Positions 1 through 13,039 of a stretch of DNA of 64,000 bases are shown piece by piece. The notes under the pieces are model-generated. The model saw nothing but the letters and a program-made list of their open reading frames with translations, did no database searches and was not told the origin of the DNA. Source of the stretch: Epiperipatus broadwayi (lineage: Eukaryota; Animalia; Onychophora); contig JAQFVV010000009.1 in assembly GCA_028023455.1 (NCBI GenBank), positions 7,378,001-7,442,000 on the forward strand. The letters are read 5' to 3'. Numbering within the stretch: the stretch's first letter is position 1; the number at the start of each line of letters is the position of its first letter. Both the position numbers and the translations under genes were made by a program.

Positions 1-510
1 TTCTTGGGGTAAATCAATCATCTTTGCTTTGAACGTAGTATAAGATGCAGCTTCTACTGGCATATGATATTCTTGGTCCCAACACATTTTTGGGCCTAGA
101 AAAGCTCGCTGGCACTGGTTTCATTGATTTATTTCAAGTACGTATTGTTTTCATATCTGTGAATAGGAAAACCGATGTTTAGGTGAATTCTCTGCTGAAA
201 GTAATTTGCTCCCTCCCTTTATAGTTCTCTATTAGAAGATCAGTCTGTCTTCCAGAGCACTGAATTTTAGTCTTTCTGGTACACGCCTGATCTAACTCTA
301 TTTGTTATATTATAAACTTTTTCTTATAATTTATATTTCTCTTAATAAAATTTTAAAATTTGTTTAAACTTAATTTGGCTGATGTTTGTCTTAGTGCTTT
401 TATTTCTCAATTGTCTAAACAATATTAAAGATTTCTTGTTTCTCCCTGAATTTAGTTGGCGCAAACCATCACCATCATCCATTCTGATCACAGTAAATAA
501 ATTTTTCACG

Positions 511-2550
511 TGATGTGATGTACTATAGCTTCTTAAACGGAGTCAAGAATCTCTCAACGATTATGCCCAGAGAAACCTGTTAGCCACTTTATTTTCCATT
601 CCCCAGTCTAAGTTTTCCCATATTCTGCTCCATCCCATTTCCACAACATAATTTTTGTCAACACTATGGCCTTTATATCTAAATCACCCTTATCTTTTCC
701 CAAACCCAACATAAAAACCAATAATCCACTTTCTGTATAATCACTTTTTTCATATTTATTCTTCCATAACTTCATTATATGTGCCCTTTCTGTTTTCAAG
801 CATTTACATTCAATTAACAGATGCCTAATATTTTCTATTCCTTCCTTACATAATTTACAGACTAAATCACCCATATTTTTCCACTTACATGTATATTCTC
901 TTGTTGCTAAAGATCCCGTTCGAGCCTTAAACAATAAACTACTTTCCTTACTATTATCATATATTAACTTGCACCTAATATTCTGTTTATTTTTATATAT
1001 GTTTAAACTCTTTTTATTCTCCATACTAGTTCTCCATCTCTCTAACTCCCTATTCTTTATTAATAAATCTATTCTTTTATCCCATTCCTTACCACTATAA
1101 CATTCAACAATCCTCCTAACACAATCATCCCATCTTTTGTACAAATATACTGATATAAATTCTTTATCCAAATCTTTTGCATACCGCATTACCTTTACTC
1201 ATAACCCAATTAAATACTATTTTGGCTATTCTTTTATTATCCATAAACTGTAATCAACCAAACATTTTCATTTTAATTTTTGCATCTCTCATATGAAAAC
1301 TTGACCATTCCATTTCTCCTTGAATTGCCTCCCTTGCTGTCCATACATCTGCATCAAATGCATGTCTTCCTACTTCCCTTTGAACTTTTTCTAAGTAATT
1401 TAATACCCCTTTACTAACACATAATGCATCATTACCATATGTTAACCCTGCTACTGCAACTCCCTTCCGTATAATTCTAGCTATATCATATTTATTATAT
1501 AAAAACACTGCTAATTTCTTTATCAAACCCTTTCTTTTCTTTGCTTCTTTTATCAATTTTGTCTCCCATTCATCCAAATAATTTTTCTGATTTCTTAAAA
1601 TAATTCCCAAATAACTATATTTATTTACCACTCTTAACTTAATATCTCTCAATAAAAAAACTACATCTTCTCTTTCCCCAGTATTAACCATCATTGTATT
1701 TGAATTTTCTTCACTAAATTTAATCCCCATCTCTTTACTCACCCTTGCACATGTCCTCAGCATAACTTCCATATCACTCTTTCTGCACACAAAAATATAT
1801 CATCTGCAATAAAAAGACCTGACAAAATATATACTCCCTTACTACCTATTAACGGTATCTCTATCCCTCTTCCTAATCTTTTTATTGCTCTTTCCATTTC
1901 ACTCAAATAGAACATAAACAAAATAGGTGACATAGGGCATTAGTCCCACTCCATTTTTAACTTTAACTGATTCTATATTCCCTAATTGATATATATAATA
2001 ATTATTTTCATATAATTTCTTACTGATATCCACTAAAGCTTTATCCATTCCCAAATTTGCTAAATTTATCCATAATCTATTTCTATTTACTTTATCATAT
2101 GCCTTCTCTATATCAATAAAACTCATATATAACTGTTTACCTGAATTTCTATTCATATCCATAAGTTGTGTAACTACAAATAAACTATCTCCTATATGAC
2201 TATCTAATCTAAAATCTCCTTGCATCCCCCCCCCCCTACATTATTCCCTTCCATCCATTTTACAACTCTTCTAGCCACCATATATGAGAAAACTATATAA
2301 AACGATGTTACCGCTATCAGTCTATAATTAATTAACTTTCTATGATCCTTACCCTTTCCTTTAAATAATAATCTTACTCTTGTATTACTCCAACTACTCG
2401 GAAAAACTATTCTGTGCCAACTAATTAAAATAGGATAATAACTTTACCTTTGCCCTATATCCTAAATTCATTACCATCTCTGCTGCCCATCCATCTAAAC
2501 TTCTTGCCTTTCCACTTTTCAATTTCTTCTTTACCTCATTCAGTTTCTTT
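511..2550 (-). mobile_element. 5'-truncated non-LTR retrotransposon (RT plus C-terminal CCHC), frameshifted
   Basis: Minus-strand fragments: LKSGKARSLDG (~2500), SFIDIEKAYDKVNRNRLW (1899-2225), YSYLGI and AIQGEMEWSSF (1254-1790), LLFKARTGSL..CKLCKEGIENIRHLLIEC (608-1189). Short (ACATC)2 tail at 511-521. Clade not assigned. Confidence 0.9.
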
Positions 2551-3453
2551 TTCTTTTTTTTTCTCTGCTGCTAGCATGTACAACCATCATATGTACTTAG
2601 TGATCCATTATCTCTATGTCTATATTGTAATGACTATTAAAATCTGTAAAAAAAAAATTTTTTTGACTTAACTTTTTTTTGTTCTGCTCCACAAACAATC
2701 ACTGTCCCTCTACACCACCAAAAAGAAAAAAAAAAACATATTAGTATACATATCTAAGTTAATTATTCCAACCAGTATTTGGTTGGTTTCAATACATGTA
2801 CATATATACTTGTGAACCAACAAAAAATTTCCAGAGAGAGCAGAAAGCACAATGAAAAAAAATATATATATACTTTTGTCATTCACATTACTTGTTTTAA
2901 AAAAAATTCACCTGATCATCAAATTCCCATACATCATATCTCAGGGTCTATCTCTAAACAGTAAGGCCACATTTGGGATGCCAGATTATAAAAAAAAAAA
3001 AGAAAACTAACGGTATGAAAAATAGAGCTGCTTTAATCTAACCACCAAGAGATGCAGGTAGAGGGGGTTCGAACCTCACCTACTCCTCCAGATTTCTACT
3101 AAGCGACTTACTTCACAACATCACTAGAATTTCTTCTTCATGTATGCCCGGTGGTCAGGGAGAGATGAGATCCTAAAGGGGAATTTTAACAAAGAAAAAA
3201 TCAGGTTTAGACTATATTATGTCACAGACAAGATATTGATAAGATTAGTGAATGAAAGAGTATTGTTCAATTAAAAAAAAGAAATGACAATTTGAAGAAA
3301 TAATTAACAAAAAAATGTTGCTAATTATCTTCTTGCATCTACAGACATGGAATGTATTGACATGCATTAGTAAGATCCACTTAATATAATTAAACAATAG
3401 TACAGTAATTACAGAACAATACCATACCTAGCCAACAACTGGGATTCTTTACT

Positions 3454-5057
3454 TTAAAGGAGGGATACAGAAAAACATAACTCTAGGGTAAAATTATAAA
3501 AATTGACAAATTGGTTACAACTAGTCAAATAGATTAAGGCCATGTTTAAATATAGCCTGCATTGAGCACGTTCATTTTCCTTGAAGATGTTGTAGAATAC
3601 ATTATGGATGCGTTGTAAGTTGAATATAGTTAGCGAGTGTAGTGAGAGACCATTTAAAGTTTTGGGCTTTTGGAGGATTCTCAAGCTAATTACGGGTGAT
3701 CGGCCCGCCCAACACAGTTTTCTACAGGCGGTTTCTACTTTGTTGATGAATACCTTGGTGGGGATGAACCCTGCCAAATAGTATATTATTTTTGGAAGAA
3801 TGAGAGCATTTAAAAGGGCTACTTTCCCAAATAGGGAAAGGTATATTTTTGACAAAGATGCGATTGTGGTTTCAATTTTCTCTAATAATGAGTCCTGTAT
3901 CTCTTTACGCATCACCGTGGGTGTTTTTGATAGGTGAAATCCTAGAAATTTCTGTGGTGCTGCTTCAAATCCACCAGAGATCTTCTGGCCAGTAAGAATT
4001 GACCAAATAGCTGATTTTTTTGGGTTGACAAGGAAACCAGATAATTTGGCATGGTGATCAAGAAGTTGTTTTAGCTTACCCAGTTCATCATGGGATGAAA
4101 GAAACACAACTACATCATCCATATAGGAGATGTGATTGATGTTCTCATTAAGTAGCGGAACAGCGATACCAGAAAACGTGGCCTCGATGTTCAACAGCAT
4201 TGGATTGATATAGGCAGCAAAGAGAAGTGCACTCAGGGGAGAACCTTGGGGGATGGTGATGTAGGGCATAAAACCCGGGGCAATGCGACCATCTAGGGAC
4301 AAGAACACTTCCCGATTGTAAAGAAGGTTCTCAATCATTTGAATGTATACGGGTGGTACATTTAGCTGTTCCAGAACACTGAGAAGAACATCAATTCTCA
4401 CGGAGTCGAATGCCCCAGCTATATCAAGTTGGACTGCAATGGGCCGGGACTTCCTTTGTCTCCGCACATGATCGACCAGAAGTCTGAAGCGGCTGACAGC
4501 GTCAGATGTTGAAGTGCCTTTTTTGCAAATTGATAGCGCGAAAGTTGTTTAATTATGTTATATTGAATCTTGTCTTTAATGATGCTCTCGATGATCTTTG
4601 TCAATAGAGGAATCATCGAGATAGGACGCAGGTTATTGAGATCTGGTTGTGCATCTCGCTTCTTTAAAAAGGGTACCATGGAGATGGGACATAGGTTTAT
4701 TAGGTGATGACTTCCAGTGGCGATGATGTCTATCATTCCGTGGATTACTGGGATAGTAAAAGCTCTTAGGTGTAAAAGTAGAAATCTGGGAATTCCATGC
4801 ATGCTAGGATGGACACTTTCTGGGAGTGATTGCAGTTTGTCAAGAATATCACCATCTGTGATGTTATGTTCCATAGGGTTGTTAGTAACAAAAACTCTAC
4901 GGATGTTAGTGACACCAATAGGTTGTAATTTTCTTTTGTAAAAGTCTCTTATTTTGGAAAGCATGGAGAGGCCGATATATTGTTTACTGTATATCTTGAT
5001 TGATGATGGTGCCTTGTTTTGTTGGTTGGATCCTAGGCCCATCTGATGTAACCTCAA
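3454..5057 (-). pseudogene. Reverse transcriptase of ORF2 (frameshift near 4440)
   Basis: Motifs NLRPISMIPLLTKIIE, LDIAGAFDSV, IPQGSPLSALLF, YMDDVV and KFLG. Confidence 0.92.
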
Positions 5058-5410
5058 GTCCAGCAGTGTTGATATGCTAAGTAACTGCGCGCTCGTTTAA
5101 TTGATAGGTATTCAGCCAGGGATTGTTGGGTAGCTTTGTATTGTAGTTTAAGGCGAGTAATTTCTTGGATATTTTGCCTTTGTATGGGCAAATGTTTAAG
5201 TGTGTCGGCTATCTTGTCCAATTGACTTAGTAATTTGAGGGGACCTTTATTATGTTGAGTGCTTTTATGAATATGTGATTGTAGAATATTTATGAAGTTA
5301 TTCCATTTATCACATGGGGAAAGTGTGTTTATATTAGCAGAGTTGAATGATATGTAAATCTCAGAGATGAGTTGTATAGTGGCAGATTCCTTTGTGAGGA
5401 TCCTCATTGT

Positions 5411-6106
5411 TCATGGAATGTTGCCATATGAATGTGTGTTATCCACAATTCTGATAAGGACCTCTAGTGCAATGTGGTCCGTAAAGACAACAGGCCACAG
5501 GTTAGCTTCAATGAAGGGAGCAAGTGAAGGAGAGAAGTATAAAAGATCAATGAGGGACTTAAACCGTGATGAATAGAATGAGAAGGCAGACACATCAAAA
5601 AGCTGTCTTCCACTTGTAAAGGTATTGCTCAGTGATTTTAAGTGACTCCTTTCAAAAGAATCATATGTGTGATTAAAATCACCCAACATTAATGCAGGAA
5701 AAGGGTTAGTTCTTAAGACCGCATTGATAGTGTGGATGATTCTATAGATTATATCTGATGCTTTGGTCATGTAAACATTTATTATGTTAAATGTCCATCC
5801 ATTTACCTGTATAATGGCTATGAGGCAGTTAGAGTCTATATGAATTATTTTGAAAAAGGTTATTTTAGATTTTTTATTAAAAAGAATTGCTACTCCACCA
5901 GATGCAGAGGAGGAGAAGGAATAATGGAAGTATCCAAATTTTTGTATTTTCTGTATGATGTTTTGGTCAGATAGTGTGTGAAGTTTTGTTTCATTGAGGC
6001 AAAGAACATCAGGTGTATTATGCTTAAGCCAGAATGATAATGCTAGGATTCTGCCAAGGGAGTTCATGCCTCTGACGTTAATCGATGTTATGTTGAAAGT
6101 CATCAT
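5411..6106 (-). pseudogene. APE-type endonuclease of ORF2
   Basis: Motifs SINVRG, DVLCLNETK, SGGVAIL, INVY, LGDFN, IDLL and TDH. Confidence 0.92.
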
Positions 6107-6213
6107 TGATAGTGAAACCGCTTTCTCGTGTGGGAGAGTTTGCCTGATTGGAATGTGATCCAGTTTCTAAGACCATAATATTCTGTTCCAGCATCAAATT
6201 GGTGGGGTGATGA

Positions 6214-8505
6214 TTAAGGTTCAGATTGTATTAGGTTCTTAGATAAGTTGAGGTCTGGTGGAATAGGTTCAGGAATAGGCCACAATGATGGAGATAAGTC
6301 TATCAGTAAGCGTTCATTATCATTTTCATGTTGACATGAGGCCACTTTATTTTGAGACAAAGGGTCAATCAGTTGTATGTTGTTATCTTGGTCTATTGTT
6401 TTTGTTTCATTTGTGAGGTTATATGAACTTGTGACTTTTGGAGAATGGTCTCTTCGTTTTTTTTCACAAGGTCTATTTGGTGGGGGAATATTAGTCTTTG
6501 TTGCATCTCGAAGATTGTCACATTCATTTCTATTGCTACTTACTTGTGATTGTTCAGAGCTATTGTCTTTTTTTTTAGGTTTTCTTTTACATGGAATTCT
6601 GTTGCTGGCCATTGTAGTGTCGCTTTGTTCAGCATCGGTGTCCATGTCTGTTTGGCCGATTGTTGCTGTATCTGATGATGATACGCAATTGTCATTGGTA
6701 AGGAAGTTTTATCATTAGGAATTTTTGATGATGATGTAGTGCGATCTGTGGTATTGCTAGTGATATATTGTTGCTTGAGACTTGGGTATGTATTTGTTAG
6801 ATGTTGATTTTCTTGATCGCTATCACATTTGTGGAATTTGTACCGAATCTCTCCATAAATTATGCATTGTCTCTCTTGACAATCTTTTTTTAGATGGCCT
6901 CTCTGCCTGCAATGGAAGCATTGGGGTGGAAGGCCACGAAAGATGATGTTGAGTGGAGATTCGCCATGTTGAATTAGAGATGGGACTGATTGAGATGGAA
7001 TTCCTTTTTTAAGAACTAGCTGAAATTGTGCAGTGTTGATGTATACTGTGGGATCATCGTTGTCTGCTACTAGGTATTGAAATTTGGTAATGGTGCCATA
7101 GTCTTTGAAGTGGTGCTGAAGGTCTGCCTTTTCAAAGTCCATGGTACATTTTTGAATTCGCTCTGTTAAAACAACTGGGCGGTTGAGGTCAATGTAGACA
7201 AGAAATTTGTTGTTTAGGAGTTTATGACTATTTCTAAAGGCAGCTTTAACTTGTTGGTTTGTGAACTGGATGATATCTTTCATTTGGATGAAAGAGGATC
7301 TTATGGATCGATTTCCACCAGCCATGTGCTTTACATAGTTCATATAGTGATGATGTAGGGAATGTGTATAGATTTAAACAGTTATCTGTAGTGGAAAGTA
7401 TGAGAGAACACTCATTATAATAGTTGAGTAGAGATTTGTGGAGTGGCAATGGGATGGTTTGGTTAAACTGTTCATTTATTATTTCATGGTTCTGAATATC
7501 ACAAGTAGGATTATCTGTAGATGTTGTTTGAGGATTAGAGTAGTTTGATGTAGACTGTTCTGTTTCTATTTCTTGTAAAAGTCGAATTGCTTCCATGTAT
7601 TTATCAGGTTGTGATGTTTGATGATGTGTATTTATCATTATGTTAGCTCTGACCTTGTTTGCATATGTCATTTCATTCATCATTGGGCTTGTGGTTTTAT
7701 TATGCTCAGAGTTGTGAGGTAGTTGGTTTGAATCCCTGTATTCAGGGCTTGTGATATTGAATTTGTCAAACTCTGGGTGACTTAGTGAAGATTGTTTTGG
7801 AATGGGAGAGTGCATATCATTATGGTTTATGGTCGATTTCTGATTTGGTTTAATTATTGTAGTTTTGGAATTTTTATTTTCCTTTAAATGTTTTGGAGAT
7901 TTTATGAGATTTAGATTTGTGTTATTATATAAATTATTGTTGTTAATCTGTTTTCCCAGTTCTGGATTATTTAGTGGAGATAGATTAGTTTTTGATGGTG
8001 TTTGTAAAGTTTTGGTATTCTCTAAGTGATTCATTTTTTTGTTTGAGGCTGTAATTGGGGAATCATCATTTTTCCCCTGTTGCAAAGTTTTCCCGTTGTT
8101 TCGCGAGTTTATGAGCGGAATTATACTTTTTTTAACGGTATGATCATTTTGAACATTTTCACCGCTATTTTTAGGTTCATTAGGGGTTGCAGTCTTTGCA
8201 TTTACAATTTGGAAATCACTAGATAATTTCGAATTATTTTCCCCTTTCACGTGACAGTGTTTCGATTTTAGCATAGATTTTATTATCGGGTTGTTAGTAG
8301 TCGAAGAAGAAAGAAATTGATTATTTGAAATGCTTTCTACCGTTGTAGATTTATTCTTAGGTTCTTTGGAGGGTTTATTGTTGTAATCCAAACTTTGGGA
8401 CTCATCAGAGATTTTAAGGTTAGTATATATATTTTTCCTCCCATTAGAGCGTTTAGGCCTTAGTATAGGCTTTATTACAGAGTTTATTTTAGCGGTTAAC
8501 CGTAA
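6214..8505 (-). pseudogene. L1/Tx1 ORF1 split over three frames
   Basis: Frames 7246-8391 (open upstream to 8505, N/S/K/T-rich), 6540-7343 (FKDYGTITK, IIFRGLPPQCFHCRQRGHLKKDC) and 6214-6645. Confidence 0.8.
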
Positions 8506-8693
8506 TTAATAAACGTTATTTAATTTAATGTTTCAAAACTACTTTAAAGTAGTAAATCGCGCTAAATAATTGCATAGAATAATAAAGATTGTACTCACAG
8601 ATATAGTTTTGTAATTTTCTCTCGAATTTTTCCCTTTTTAGTGCAAATATATTCACATCAGATGAGAAATGATGCAGAAGATCTGCATTCAGA

Positions 8694-8714
8694 GGCCGCC
8701 ATTAAACTGGAAGT
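8694..8714 (-). promoter_or_regulatory. L1-type internal promoter motif (ETS-like ACTTCC plus YY1-like ATGGCG)
   Basis: The minus strand reads ACTTCCAGTTTAATGGCGGCC exactly at the LINE/tandem-repeat boundary. Similar motifs start many L1 5' UTRs (general knowledge). Confidence 0.55.
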
Positions 8715-9455
8715 AGTAATTTATTTTAACCTCACTTGTTTTAACCCTGCTGAAAAAATATAATACAATTATTTGGGAATTGTTTCGAATTTTTTCTACC
8801 TTTTTTTTTTTTTTTTGGTTGACGAAATTGTTTTTCTTTTTATTAAATCAAAAGTAACTTTTGTGTTTTTGGGGGGTAAAAAATTATTTTGAATCCCCAA
8901 TCCTCGGATAAATAATTGTAACAAAAAGTCAATAATTTTTTTTTTTTAAACAATTTTTTCACTTTTATTTATATTTCGTTTGAATTAGCCTTTTTTTTTT
9001 TTTTTGGCTTCTACAATAAACAGCTTTCGGGGGGGGGGGGGGTGTTATACTTTGTTATTATTAACAAAAAGTAAACAAAAATAGTAATTTATTTTAACCC
9101 CACTTGTTTTAACCCTGCTGAAAAAATATAATACAATTATTTGGGAATTTTTTCTACCTTTTTTTTTTTTTTTTTTGGTTGACAAAATTGTTTTTCTTCT
9201 TATTAAATCAAAAGTAACTTTTGTGTTTTTGGGGTAAAAAATTGTTTTGAATCCCCAACCCTCGGATAAATAATTGTAACAAAAAGTCAGTAATTTTTTT
9301 TTTTAAACAACTTTTTCACTTTTATTTATATTTTGTTTGAATTACCTTTTTTTTTTTTGGCTTCTACAATAAACAGCTTTTCGGGGGTCATACTTTGTTA
9401 TTATTAACAAAAAGTAAACAAAAACAGTAATTTATTTTAACCCTACTGAAAAAAG
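8715..9455. repeat. Tandem repeat: two full units (368 and 343 bp) plus a partial third
   Basis: Units start AGTAATTTATTTTAACC at 8715, 9083 and 9426. They are near-identical apart from homopolymer lengths and small indels. Confidence 0.95.
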
Positions 9456-9959
9456 ATAATCCAAATACTTGTCAATTTCTAATGAAATAAAAAAAAAATA
9501 CATAAACTTTGGACTTTTTGACTTATTTTTATTTATTTTATTGCTGTAATAAAAACAGTCTGGTATTTGGGAGGACATTATGTGCCTGAAAAAAGGACAC
9601 AGTCTCTCTGTACTTGGCAATTCTGAAAAGTTTAAAAATTGCATGTTCTTCTCAACCATTTTATTGGTCTCATATATTTTCCACGCTGAAATGTGCTTAC
9701 ACAAGAGCTTTGTAGAAGTATGTTCGTACATACCCTTTGCCAATTTTTTACATATTAACATTTTTTTAGGGAAGGGTGGGGACTATATGACAATTATTAG
9801 TAATTAACAACATTATTTAAATACAAAAGACATTACTCTATTATGGAGATTTGAAAAGTTGTACCGACTTGCAATTAAAACACCCTCAAGTGATATAGTA
9901 ATCAGCTATGAATAGAACAAATACGCATAAATAGTTTCGAAGCACAAAACAGGCCATAA

Positions 9960-10100
9960 TATTTTTGTGCAATGTCATGTATAGCAGCCTGCTAATGGGC
10001 AATACAATATAAATGTTGTATTAGCCGTAAGGCTGGCCGCAGAAACGGCTTTTTTATGTGTTTTGACATATAAACAACACCGTCAAGCTGCTGTGCCCGG
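9960..10100. mobile_element. Degenerate terminus related to the right end of the 58409-59711 TIR element
   Basis: GAAACGGCTTTTTTATGTGTTTTGACATATAAACAACACCG resembles GAAATGGCATTTTTATGTGTTTTAGCACGAAAACGGCGCC at ~59642-59681, and the upstream GC(A/G)GCCTGC also matches. Confidence 0.5.
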
Positions 10101-11665
10101 ATTTCAGATGATTACCATTACTTTTTTAAATAGAGATTTCTCATAAACTTATAATTAAAAATCATATAACAAGTTTTATCTATTAGACTTCATTACTACA
10201 AGCATCAAAAAGTAAGACTATTTACACTATATATTTCATTTTTTTATCTGTACAACCAACAGATCACTTGGCAAATACTGTATCTGTGAAGAATATTTTT
10301 TTTTTTTTTGCCTAATGAAAAAAATTAAAATAAGTAATAGGCAATACAATAATTTTTTTGTTTCTAAGTATTTTTTAAAAATAATTTGCATAAATTATAA
10401 TTTGAACTATATACACATACATTTTTATTTTTTTTACAAAAACAATAATAATATGATTATTTCATCTTCTGAAAAATAATATCAGCCATTAAACATTTTT
10501 TATTTTGGTAAGTTAAATAAATAAACAACTTCTTTAAAAAAAATCTTTTTAATAAAAATTTGCTAAAAATTTTGTTTTTTAGGTAGAATAAAATGGTTAT
10601 CATTATTGAAGAGTTTATCAATAAAATGAAGATAAAAGTCTAAAGACAAGGAAGCTTAAAATATTTCCAACAAATCAGTTACTTAAAAAGATTATTAAAA
10701 AATAAAAATTGTAAAGAATATTGATTTTTGTTAATTTTTTAAACATTTCATCACAGTAAACTGTTACGTATGCTCTGATTCTTCCAGTTTAATGTTCTTA
10801 CAATAAATAATCATTTGTAATTTTTGTTTAGAAATGAATGAATATTTTGTAATCTTTTGATCAAATCACCCAACAATTATTTAATTTTTTTTCACATTGA
10901 TATACTTGAAACTACATTGCAGTTTGTAGGTACTATTAATTATAACTTAATTCCAAATCTTGATACTGTAATATAGTTTTATCATGGAGTTTATATTACA
11001 TAAATTATATTATTTATGCATAATGCCAGTTCCCATAATTTTGATTAGATTTTAGAAAGCTTATATTATCATATTTCATAATAACAGCATCAATTTAATT
11101 AAATAATTAGATAAAAAATATTGTAGTTTTAAAATTAAAAACTTATATGATATTTATATATTTTAAATTAGTAAATAAAGTTTTGAATGCAAAATCAAGA
11201 TATAATTATGAAGGTTTTATTATAATTCATAATATTATCTAACATTTCTAATGCATGTAAAAAATATTTAAATTTTTATGTAATGAGTAAATATTTTATT
11301 GATCATGATATTAAGAAATTAAATATATATAAATAAAAAATAAAACAGCATTTATATAACTTATTACAAAATAGAAATCTTTTTAACAATCTCTAAAAAA
11401 AATGAACAGTGAAGATGACATTATTCATTAGTCTTGCCAACTGCTTTATCATAAGAGTTTTTGTGTTTTTATATCCTAAAAATATATATTCATTTACTGA
11501 CTGATATTGAATATTTAGCTGAATATTAAACCTAAGAAATATCCAAGTACCAGCCTAATATTAACATTTTTGCTACAAATATTTTAGTATTTTCTTTTTA
11601 TTTTTGTTGTTACTTTTATTAAATTATAATTATGATACATTAATGAATATTTTTTACTTTTTCAG

Positions 11666-11772
11666 AACAAGAAGGATTTGCCAAACCACCATTGAGAATC
11701 CAGAAAGAATCTTGCACCAGCAGTGAATTGCACCTCGAAGAGTTAACGTCTTCTGCTGGTTCTGATGTATAA
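11666..11772 (+). CDS. Candidate terminal coding exon of an unidentified gene (..QEGFAKPPLRIQKESCTSSELHLEELTSSAGSDV*)
   Basis: Strong acceptor TTTTTACTTTTTCAG ending at 11665, a GC-richer island in AT-rich DNA, and one frame open to TAA at 11770-11772. No homolog recognised. Confidence 0.4.
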
Positions 11773-12470
11773 TTTAGGAAATGGTTTTAAAATTCAAAAT
11801 TAAATAAAATAATGTGTAAAGTCATCTGGAAATAATTTGCAAATAAAATATTTAAAAATATATTTTATTCTTGATATTGTTTCTATTTTATTGATAAAAT
11901 TATATTTAATGAAAAAGACTTTTTAAATAATTATATAAATATAGGTACTACACCTATAATTCTGAAATTACTTATCTAGAAAAAATATAAGTAAAGCTAC
12001 TTAAACCAATCTTTATTTTTATGTTTTGCCATAAGTTAAAATTAGGTAAAAAAAATTTATTCTATACACCCAAAAATATTGAACAGAATACAGTAAATAA
12101 ATTAATTTAAATGCATATTTTAAAACAAAAAGAAAATTCCTAAATAATTACCTGTAAATTAATAGCCTAATTGATTTGAGAGTTATTTTTGGATTTTAAT
12201 TACTTTTTTTATGAAAAGGAAAAAATGAAAACTTTTTAAAAGACGGGGGACAGTTAAAAAGGGTGAGGAGGCATATTTTTCAGTCAGCTGATATGAAGTT
12301 TTTAAAAATAATTTCAGTAATGGAAAAAATTATGGGTGAACAAATAATAAATGGGTGATGTAGCTCAAAATTAATTGTCCATTTTATAGTATCAAGTTTT
12401 TGAAACATGTTTCAGCAATAAAAAAAAAAAAAGTAAAGATAATGGAATTAATCAATATATTTATTTTTGA

Positions 12471-13039
12471 TTAGCTGTACCCGGCCACGCATTGCTGTGG
12501 CTTAGTCTGGTTAAATGGATAAGAAAGAAAAGAGAAAGCGCACATTTCTAATATGTTTAATTTCACAATGCTTGTAAGTATACAATATTTTTTGTTGTTC
12601 CATTGTGTGTGCAGATATAGAGATTGTCTGGTTTGCCGACTCTAGAACATGCAATATATAATTGTCCATGTGAGAAGCAATCCGTGTCTAGATCTAAACT
12701 GCACAATTTTAAAGATTGGCCCTCAGCTTTGTTGATGGTGATTGAAAATGCCAATCTAATTGGGAATTGCAATCTCTCACATGAAATAATTAAATTAAAA
12801 TAAATCTAAATCTATGAAAATTCAGTTTAACAATGCAATCGGAAACATTGAAATGTAATCATAAAATATTTAGTATAGTGTGTGTTGCTTTTATGTCCAA
12901 CATATAGCACTGTTTTTCAAAAAAATATACATGTGTATTTGATTGCAACGTTGTGTCAAAATTTCAAAGCGATCGGTGAAGAACTTTTGGAGATTTAAGA
13001 TTTTGAACAAACGAACATTTACATTTTTATTTATATAGA
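12471..13039 (-). mobile_element. Non-autonomous Helitron (569 bp) retaining the PIF1 helicase C-terminus
   Basis: 5' A|TCTATATAAAT at 13039. The 3' hairpin GCCAC-AGCAATGC-GTGGC is followed by CTAA|T at 12471 (CTAG variant), with no TSD. ORF 12563-12772 reads QFPIRLAFSITINKAEGQSL..FSHGQLYIACSRV. Confidence 0.93.

Larger units (their letters stand above)
3454..8714 (-). mobile_element. L1/Tx1-clade non-LTR retrotransposon, 5' end intact, 3' end missing, frameshifted
   Basis: Ordered ORF1 (CFHCRQRGHLKKDC knuckle), APE endonuclease and RT. The 5' terminus reads ACTTCCAGTTTAATGGCGGCC. The ORF stops at 3454 with no C-terminal Zn domain or A-tail. Confidence 0.92.

Noticed and set aside
1-330. GC-richer stretch that looks like broken coding sequence on the minus strand
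   Set aside because: Stops occur in all frames and no motif could be assigned.
3055-3110. GGTTCGAACC B-box-like palindrome
   Set aside because: No convincing A-box or cloverleaf; not called as tRNA or SINE.
8385-8412. CTGATGA followed by a GTCC/GGAT stem on the minus strand
   Set aside because: There is no GAAA after the stem, and it lies in the LINE ORF1 frame.
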